A stretch of DNA of 64,000 nt from an uncultured virus (IMG/VR IMGVR_UViG_3300043570_001981) (Duplodnaviria > Heunggongvirae > Uroviricota > Caudoviricetes), in IMG/VR virus record IMGVR_UViG_3300043570_001981, one strand, 5' to 3'. The position numbers and the translations under genes are program-made. Of the stretch, positions 57,498 to 64,000 are shown in pieces. How positions within the stretch are numbered: position 1 is the first letter of the stretch; each line of letters starts with the position of its first letter. The notes under the pieces are model-generated. The model did not search any database and was not told the origin of the DNA. It saw nothing but the letters and a program-made list of their open reading frames with translations.

Positions 57498-57848
57498 ATG
57501 AATATATTATCATTCTTTAAAAAATTGTTTGGGATAGCTAAAAAAGAGGTTGAAATTGTTGTTGAGACTAAAGTTGAGCCAGCAGTTGAGGCTTATGTAA
57601 AACAGAAAATTCAAGAAATTGATGTTGAAAAAGCAACAAAAGCAATAGAAACTAGACTTGCTGAAATAGCTACTGAGAAAAAAGTTACAGCTAAGGAAAT
57701 CAAAGCTAAGGTAAAAACACCTGATACTACTGATAAACCCGCTGCTAAACCAGTTAAAGCTAAACCTGCTAAGACTAAAGCAACTACTGAGAAAGTTGAA
57801 ACTAAACCAGTTTCAAAACCTCGTAAAAAGGCTGAACCAAAGAAATAA
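57498..57848 (+). CDS. Lys/Ala/Pro-rich small protein with amphipathic N-terminus
   Basis: MNILSFFKKLFG followed by histone-H1-like KPAAKPVKAKPAKTKA. Confidence 0.7.
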   Translation: MNILSFFKKLFGIAKKEVEIVVETKVEPAVEAYVKQKIQEIDVEKATKAIETRLAEIATEKKVTAKEIKAKVKTPDTTDKPAAKPVKAKPAKTKATTEKVETKPVSKPRKKAEPKK

Positions 57849-57867
57849 TTAGAAATAATTAGAAACT

Positions 57868-57900
57868 AAAAAACCCACTCAATTTTGAGTGGGTTTTTTT
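57868..57900. terminator. Bidirectional terminator, CCCACTCA family
   Basis: AAAAAACCCACTCAA-tt-TTGAGTGGGTTTTTTT. Confidence 0.85.
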
Positions 57901-59929
57901 ATGCTAAATTAGAATTTTGCTTTTTAATAGCAGCTATCCCTTTATCACTCAATCGCCAAAGAGCTACTGAATCAGGATTAACGTGGTTTTGTTGAATGCT
58001 ATTTCCTTGTTTGAAATCACTCATCCAAGAGTATCCTGTCCAAACCTGTATGTGTCCATAATCTTTCCCACCACTATAAGCCATAGCAATAACATCACCT
58101 ACTTGCCACTGACTTTTACTATCTTTGTGTAGATATGTTCCTTTCCAAGATCCATTAATTTGTGTGATTTTAGTTTTATCCTTATAATATCCAGTTTTAG
58201 AGAAGCTACTTTTATTATCTGATCCTGATGGATTTGTAGGACCAAAAGAAAACCAATCAGCATTACCAGATATCTGACCGACTGCTTTCACACCAGTCAG
58301 AGCATATAATACAGCTTGAGTTCCTTGTGGACATAAACCGTGTATACCTTTAGTATAACCTTTTTTCATGTTTTCAGCATTTACTCTAGCACCTTTACCA
58401 AGTTCTCTTGCACATTTACCAGCTAAATCAATTAAGGCATCAAATGAAGATACAGGCTTTATTTCAACTGGAGCACCCGGAGGAGTAGCATTCTCAGCGG
58501 AATTAGAATCTTGTTGACCCTTTGATACATCGTCTTGTATCTGCCAAACTTTAGGAGTGATTCCAGTTTCTTCTTCTTTACCTGAAAATGCAGTTTCTTC
58601 ATATGGATCTGGATTTTCAACATCATCCTCAACCAATCCAGATGGATTAAGACCACTAGCATCAGAAGCCGTAGGTCCTGGAGGATCTCCAAGATAAACA
58701 GTAAAATCAGGAAGACTAACTTTAGTTTTAACTTTAATACTTCCATCAGTTTCACCAGAAAGACTAGTAACACCTGGTAGTCCAAAAACATTTAATTTAA
58801 CTTTTTTAGGAGTTAAAACAGGAACATCAGTAATAACACTAGGCGTTGTGCCAACTTCTGATAAATTCACTATTGGACTTTTATAAGGTATTGAAGAACA
58901 TGTTCCGGTATCTGGAAAACAAACTTTTAAAGCATAATCATACATTGAAATATTATAAACATTACTAACTTGTCCTTTATATCCATTAATTATAAAATCT
59001 AAAATATAATCATCTTTAGCATAATCTGTAAAGTTATTAAGTACAGTAACATTACGTTCTTCAGTAATACCCTCTCCTCTTCTATTAATACCTGTTGTAA
59101 AAGAAGTCGTTCCTTTTGGAGCAGTACTGTATACCAAACCTTTACCCTCACCTACACCAACCCACTCTAAGTATCCTTTACCACCATTCTCGGTGAAACC
59201 TGGGGGCATTGTAACTGAGACAAACTTATCTTGAACGGTAGGTTTATCTCTATAACCAGCAGAATAAGTTTTACCACTACTACCAAAGTCTGGATCAAAA
59301 ACCTCTTTTTCCAAAACCCATTCAGATTGTGGTCTTAATGTTGGATTTTCTTTATCATCAGTATTATCCATATCTGATAATATAGGCTTATCATCTAACC
59401 ACCTAGGTGGTCCCTCGGGATTCAATGATTCATTATAATTTTGGGCCTCACTCGGTGTAGAAAAAGTACCTAATTTAAAATCTGGATTAGGAACTTTTCC
59501 TGTCCATTTTATATTTACTTTACATCCATTATTTAAATAGTAAGGAGTTGGTCCAACATTATCAACTTCAGGAGTTCCCAATCCACCACCACCATATATT
59601 CTTTTAGGAGGGGGAGTTTCACTGAATGGGTCTTGTAAATAATTAAAATATTCTCTTCTTGCCGATCTATTGCTCTTACCATAATAGTACCCTACTATTT
59701 GAGAGTAATATTCTATAACATTATGAATAACATAATCATCCTCATCAGCACTTGAGTACTTCTTACTTCTTTCGGGACTTTTAATACCTGAAGGACCACC
59801 ATCACCTTCGTTATAAGTATTGTTTCCGGTAGGATCCCATATTTGAACATACTTCTTCCTATTACCTTCATAAAGTTCTAATTTAATATTGTCAGCTAAT
59901 CTAACAACCTTTTTAGGAGTATCTGCCAT
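57899..59929 (-). CDS. Virion protein with C-terminal CHAP/NlpC-P60-like amidase
   Basis: GLCPQGTQAVL...GNA...WQVGDVIA......YGHIQVWTG..WMSDFKQ (Cys-His papain-like peptidoglycan hydrolase). Confidence 0.75.
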   Translation of the reverse strand: MADTPKKVVRLADNIKLELYEGNRKKYVQIWDPTGNNTYNEGDGGPSGIKSPERSKKYSSADEDDYVIHNVIEYYSQIVGYYYGKSNRSARREYFNYLQDPFSETPPPKRIYGGGGLGTPEVDNVGPTPYYLNNGCKVNIKWTGKVPNPDFKLGTFSTPSEAQNYNESLNPEGPPRWLDDKPILSDMDNTDDKENPTLRPQSEWVLEKEVFDPDFGSSGKTYSAGYRDKPTVQDKFVSVTMPPGFTENGGKGYLEWVGVGEGKGLVYSTAPKGTTSFTTGINRRGEGITEERNVTVLNNFTDYAKDDYILDFIINGYKGQVSNVYNISMYDYALKVCFPDTGTCSSIPYKSPIVNLSEVGTTPSVITDVPVLTPKKVKLNVFGLPGVTSLSGETDGSIKVKTKVSLPDFTVYLGDPPGPTASDASGLNPSGLVEDDVENPDPYEETAFSGKEEETGITPKVWQIQDDVSKGQQDSNSAENATPPGAPVEIKPVSSFDALIDLAGKCARELGKGARVNAENMKKGYTKGIHGLCPQGTQAVLYALTGVKAVGQISGNADWFSFGPTNPSGSDNKSSFSKTGYYKDKTKITQINGSWKGTYLHKDSKSQWQVGDVIAMAYSGGKDYGHIQVWTGYSWMSDFKQGNSIQQNHVNPDSVALWRLSDKGIAAIKKQNSNLA

Positions 59930-59937
59930 TTTTATAA

Positions 59938-60426
59938 TTAATTATTATTCATTCCACCAATTAGAATTGTATTCTCACCTGTTCTAACAGGATCTCTAGT
60001 CTTATCTAAAACAACAGGTGGTAATAGGTAATTATTTTCAACAAATTTTTGTCTACTACTATCTTTCCTAGTTGATTTATTAGGAGCAGCAACAGCAAGA
60101 GTGTCTCTAACACTCTTAACTTTATTATCATTAATAAACATTCTAAATGTCTCTAACATTTCATACAACGGAAACTTTAGAATCATTCCTTCAACTATAT
60201 TAAGAGGATTATCTATTCCATTAATATACAAAATAATATCAACATCAGAGAGAGCCGCATTATAGTTTGGATACATTGATAACATAACAGAATCAATTCT
60301 CATTTCTTCATATTTCTGAACAGTATATTCGTATAAATCCGACTCAACAGTTCTTATATTAGGAGAAAATAAATTCCAATATTTAACTCTATCATCCTTT
60401 AAATCAGCTATACTAGTAATATTCAT
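59938..60426 (-). CDS. Baseplate wedge protein, gp53-like (LysM)
   Basis: YTV...E.MRID.V...MY......DIIL.INGIDNPLNI.EG.ILK.P. Confidence 0.75.
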   Translation of the reverse strand: MNITSIADLKDDRVKYWNLFSPNIRTVESDLYEYTVQKYEEMRIDSVMLSMYPNYNAALSDVDIILYINGIDNPLNIVEGMILKFPLYEMLETFRMFINDNKVKSVRDTLAVAAPNKSTRKDSSRQKFVENNYLLPPVVLDKTRDPVRTGENTILIGGMNNN

Positions 60427-60444
60427 TTTATTTTATTTTATTTT

Positions 60445-62328
60445 TTATACTCTCGATCCACCTGAAGTTCCAGAAGTTCCCGCTGATCCACTTGAGTTAG
60501 TGTTAGTTGTTGGTGTCGTCGGTACCGCACCGCTTGTACCAGTATTCGAAGCAGTTGATGCAACTTTATATATTCCTTCTTGAGAAAGATCAAGTGGTAA
60601 ATAACCAAGAGGTTCAGTCTGTGAATCAGCAGGTTTTGTATTAGGCAATGTTTTAGTTTCATAAAATGATTTTTGAACATCAACCGTTCTAAGATATCCA
60701 CTATTAAATTTAGCCATTATTTCTTGAAGACCCCAGGGTCTAGCATTTGTTAATGTAAAATCAACCGTTATAGAAGAAGGTAAATCATTAAAAGCTAATT
60801 GAGATCCCAGTTTTAATTGAACATTTTCTACTAACATATCACCACTACAAAACATAGGTCTCATTGGATTACCAATAGTTATATGCCATGGTGTGGAAGG
60901 AAGTCCAGATAAAGCATTAACAATACCTATTATCTTTACTCTATACTTTTGAATTAAACCAGACGTAATTTTCAGGCCAGCTTTTGATATTGCATCAACC
61001 GCCTTCATACTTAAATCCTTTGTCTCGTCTGCTAATTTTTTAGCTATTTCTTTTTCACTTGGTGTTGGTTCTTCTGTGGGTGGATCCGTAGGTGGTGGCG
61101 GATCTACCATTTCGGAAATTGCATTAGTGGCTGCTCCATAAATTTCCAATATTTTATCCGTAACTTCTTTTACAACATTTGTTATAGCATCTTTTATAGA
61201 TCTAACAACATCTTTAATTAATGTATCTGGGTTATTTGCCCATCCTATCAATTTCGCAGCAGCGTTCTTACTCAATCCATAAGTTTCACTACTTGATGTA
61301 CCAAATCTTAATATCATACCAAGTAAATCCATCCAAACAATTGTTGGATCTATACCAGATATATACTTTAATTCATATTCACAAGTCATTTTTATATTAA
61401 CAGCGCATTTAAGACCTGATCCAGCCGTAGAATAGCCGATTGTTTTTCTTTGTTTAGCTTGTTTAATTAAGTTTGGATTACCCGCTGGAATAGTACCTGC
61501 AGAACTCTCTTCTAACAATCCTAATTTACCTAAGAAATTTCTTTGAAATATTTCAGTAAAACCTGGTAGAGGTAAGATATTACCACCTGCCCCCCCTATT
61601 CCACCCAAATTACCTAATCCTATATCATCTCCTAAAGAGCTTAGAATTCCCTTAAAGTCAGCTTCAGCATCCATCCACTCTTCCCCAAATGTAAAATCTA
61701 AAAAGTCAGTACCTTCTGGTTGCCAAGTAATTAAAGTAGCCAATGAAGTTATCTCATCTTTGCCCTTAGTAACCATTATATTATCGCCACTTGGAGCGGC
61801 AAATCTTCTAGCTATCATAAGTCTATTATTTGGATAAACACCAACATTTTTTAAATAAGCAAAGTCGGCAGGTTTTAAAGAACCTTTTGTTGGAGCTAAC
61901 TGCTCAATTATATTCAATATACTCGTATCATAAACACTATTGGTGTGTAGATTTGCTTTAGGTTTATAATTATCAATACCTGCTTTCGCCGCTATTGGTT
62001 TCTTATTACCCTTAGCATCTTTAGCGTTTGAATCATTTAATATGGGATATTCAACATCACCAAGACCTTTAGAGTCCCAAGTCGGTTCTGTATCAACATC
62101 GTTACCATTAGCGTCCTTTATCTTACCAGGTCTCTTTTGTATATCAGGCCAAGCTCTTAATACTCTTTTACCCGTAAATAAAGATCCAGCTCTAGATTTA
62201 TTATATAGACCTACATTGACATTTCGAGAATTACCACCATTGAACGTAGAGTTACCATTAACATCTGGTGAACTCTTTAATCCAATAAGACCTAATGGGG
62301 ATCCACCTAAACGAGCATTATTAGCCAT
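60445..62328 (-). CDS. Probable baseplate/tail-tube initiator protein (gp48/gp54-like)
   Basis: I.M.CEYELK.I.GI; PWHITIGNP..P....GDMLVENV.L.LG.....NDLP..I.V.FTL..ARP; directly upstream of the LysM wedge gene. Confidence 0.55.
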   Translation of the reverse strand: MANNARLGGSPLGLIGLKSSPDVNGNSTFNGGNSRNVNVGLYNKSRAGSLFTGKRVLRAWPDIQKRPGKIKDANGNDVDTEPTWDSKGLGDVEYPILNDSNAKDAKGNKKPIAAKAGIDNYKPKANLHTNSVYDTSILNIIEQLAPTKGSLKPADFAYLKNVGVYPNNRLMIARRFAAPSGDNIMVTKGKDEITSLATLITWQPEGTDFLDFTFGEEWMDAEADFKGILSSLGDDIGLGNLGGIGGAGGNILPLPGFTEIFQRNFLGKLGLLEESSAGTIPAGNPNLIKQAKQRKTIGYSTAGSGLKCAVNIKMTCEYELKYISGIDPTIVWMDLLGMILRFGTSSSETYGLSKNAAAKLIGWANNPDTLIKDVVRSIKDAITNVVKEVTDKILEIYGAATNAISEMVDPPPPTDPPTEEPTPSEKEIAKKLADETKDLSMKAVDAISKAGLKITSGLIQKYRVKIIGIVNALSGLPSTPWHITIGNPMRPMFCSGDMLVENVQLKLGSQLAFNDLPSSITVDFTLTNARPWGLQEIMAKFNSGYLRTVDVQKSFYETKTLPNTKPADSQTEPLGYLPLDLSQEGIYKVASTASNTGTSGAVPTTPTTNTNSSGSAGTSGTSGGSRV

Positions 62329-62362
62329 ATTAATAATTTAATTTTTATTATATATTAAATTG

Positions 62363-62752
62363 TTAGTAATCTCTTATTATCTGAGAGTTGGAAAATTTAG
62401 AAAGATTTGAAAAAACATCATCAATTACTTCGGGATTTTTTCTAAATTCATTGTAGAATATTAAAACATTAAAATTGTTTTCACCGAGTATTTTTTTAAG
62501 ATTAAGTAACTTTTCGATTGAGAACTCATTATCAAAGTCGGGTATGTAGTAGATATCTTTCTTTTTGTCTATTGCTTGTTGTATCTTTTGAAAGATTAAA
62601 ACTTTAAGATACATCTTATCGTCCTCGAAGCTAACCTCTTCTTCTTCCATTATCTTTTTAATATCGATAATGTACTTATTTTTTATGCGGTTAACCTTGA
62701 TAAACTTATCAACCTTCTTTCTCGTTTTGCAATATACACAGAAAAATTCCAC
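62363..62752 (-). CDS. Hypothetical protein (GTG start)
   Basis: 129-aa ORF with a late-type motif upstream. Confidence 0.6.
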   Translation of the reverse strand: MEFFCVYCKTRKKVDKFIKVNRIKNKYIIDIKKIMEEEEVSFEDDKMYLKVLIFQKIQQAIDKKKDIYYIPDFDNEFSIEKLLNLKKILGENNFNVLIFYNEFRKNPEVIDDVFSNLSKFSNSQIIRDY

Positions 62753-62871
62753 TTAGATACATCTTAATTTTTTAGTTACTTAGAAATATATATAAAACAA
62801 CATATTATCCCTTATATCTTTTATTTTTAAAGTATTTTAATTTTGAGCTAGAAACTTTAATATATAAGGAT

Positions 62872-64000
62872 ATGAAGAAATATTCAGATAAGTTTCTAAA
62901 CCAATCAAACAAGTTAAAATTCGCCAGAGTTGGTTTTGAGTTTGAGTTTTATATGAAGGATTTATCCTACTATAAAACATTAGAACTACTAAACATAGAA
63001 CTGACCCCTGTTAAAATGTGGGGATTTAGACAATATCACTCTGACTTCAAACCAGATGAAAAGAACTTTAAGATAGAACCAGATTTATCGGGTGGATCAA
63101 ACATGGTTGAGTTAGTAACTGGACCGTTAGACTATTATGATGCTAAATATTATTTAGTTAAAATAGTTAAGTTTATTCAAACTTACGGATATACAAATGA
63201 GAAATCATCTATTCACTTTAACATATCATTTAATGGAGAGAAAGATTTGAATGATTTAAACATACTTAAACTAGTTTTAAATACTGATGAAGATGAAATA
63301 TACAGAATATTTCCATCTAGAAAAGATAATGTTTATGCTAAATCTGTGAAGAAAATGATTCCTTATAAAGAGTATGACTTTTTTAATATTCCAATTAATG
63401 TTGTTAAAAACAACTTGAGAACTCCAAATGATAAGTATTATGGTATAAATTTCATGAATATTAATAATGAAAAAGAATCTCAAAGATTAGAATTAAGATA
63501 TATTGGTGGTAAAGACTATGAAAAGAATATAGGTAATTTAATTTATTTTATGGATAGATTTATTATTAATGTATTTGATTCGATTGACGCTGAATTTAAC
63601 TCAGAAGATGTTAATAAATTAGAAGAACATTTAGAAAAAAATATATCAATATTTAAGAATTTTTCTAAATATGATAACTTTATTGTTGACTTTCCAACTA
63701 TTCAATTACAAATTGACCAAACAAGTTCTTATGATTTAATAACTGCTTATTACCCAAATATTTATTCAAAACTTTATAATATAATTGATTCAACATCTGG
63801 ATTAAAAGAGTGTATTATAAACTATGTAACATCAACTCAGACAATAGAAGTTGTGGATGCTAATATTAAATCAACATCTACTATTAAAGGATATGATTTG
63901 ATTAACTGTCAACTCGAAGGTATATTTGAAAACTGTTTCTTTATAGCATCAGAAGTTAAAAACTCACAATTATCAAAATGTAAATTACAACAATCATCAG
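62872..64000 (+). CDS. Putative amidoligase (COOH-NH2 ligase, Amidoligase_2-like), 3' truncated by window
   Basis: Not in ORF track. Manual translation MKKYSDKFLN...VGFEFEF...KIEPDLSGG...VELVTGP...GYTNEKSSIHFNISF...DKYYGINF...RLELRYIGG; open to the window end; TAATATATA at 62858-62866. Confidence 0.8.
   Translation, partial: MKKYSDKFLNQSNKLKFARVGFEFEFYMKDLSYYKTLELLNIELTPVKMWGFRQYHSDFKPDEKNFKIEPDLSGGSNMVELVTGPLDYYDAKYYLVKIVKFIQTYGYTNEKSSIHFNISFNGEKDLNDLNILKLVLNTDEDEIYRIFPSRKDNVYAKSVKKMIPYKEYDFFNIPINVVKNNLRTPNDKYYGINFMNINNEKESQRLELRYIGGKDYEKNIGNLIYFMDRFIINVFDSIDAEFNSEDVNKLEEHLEKNISIFKNFSKYDNFIVDFPTIQLQIDQTSSYDLITAYYPNIYSKLYNIIDSTSGLKECIINYVTSTQTIEVVDANIKSTSTIKGYDLINCQLEGIFENCFFIASEVKNSQLSKCKLQQSS

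Noticed and set aside
60438..63483. Short overlapping ORFs 60438..60701, 62042..62341, 63277..63483 and similar nested ORFs elsewhere
   Set aside because: Nested in or antisense to well-supported genes, with no motifs or expression signals.
1..64000. Stop-codon reassignment as in some large Bacteroidota phages
   Set aside because: Conserved genes (uvsW, primase, clpP, ppk2) are full length in the standard code and coding density is already high.

Overview
This is 64 kb of an AT-rich, densely coded jumbo myophage genome with a T4-like core: a gp5-like spike, a gp53-like LysM wedge, a gp61-like primase, a gp43-like family B polymerase half, UvsW, UvsY and a probable sliding clamp. The host is very likely a Bacteroidota bacterium. 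Evidence: textbook TTTG-N19/20-TAnnTTTG promoters, A-rich start regions without Shine-Dalgarno sites, a small lipoprotein packed with D-S/T-x O-glycosylation sequons, and tails resembling Bacteroidota rhomboid C-termini. Layout: 1-15 kb is a minus-strand fibre/adhesin cluster, including a 2159-aa protein made mostly of G-S-S/G-T-S triplets. 15-46 kb is a mixed-strand region of replication, host-takeover and auxiliary genes (nucleotidyltransferase, GH19 endolysin, MTase, WYL, PPK2, aminotransferase, IF3, ClpP, HAD phosphatase, glycosyltransferase, zincin). 46-62 kb is a baseplate cluster carrying several different cell-wall enzyme domains, and an amidoligase runs off the right edge. Most interesting hidden structure: (1) about 14 unrelated late proteins, including enzymes, share an N-terminal peptide like the T4 capsid-targeting sequence, suggesting a large packaged and injected enzyme cargo; (2) three promoter classes can be read from the DNA, and the late motif TAATATATA mostly sits either 4-6 nt or 19-21 nt before the ATG, implying many leaderless mRNAs in a phage that encodes its own IF3; (3) a second family of short helical tags recurs on other proteins; (4) the gp5 spike carries an L,D-transpeptidase-like domain with Cys replaced by Ser; (5) the polymerase is split. 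No tRNA, rRNA, CRISPR array, integrase or transposase was seen. All calls come from motif recognition by eye, with no database search.
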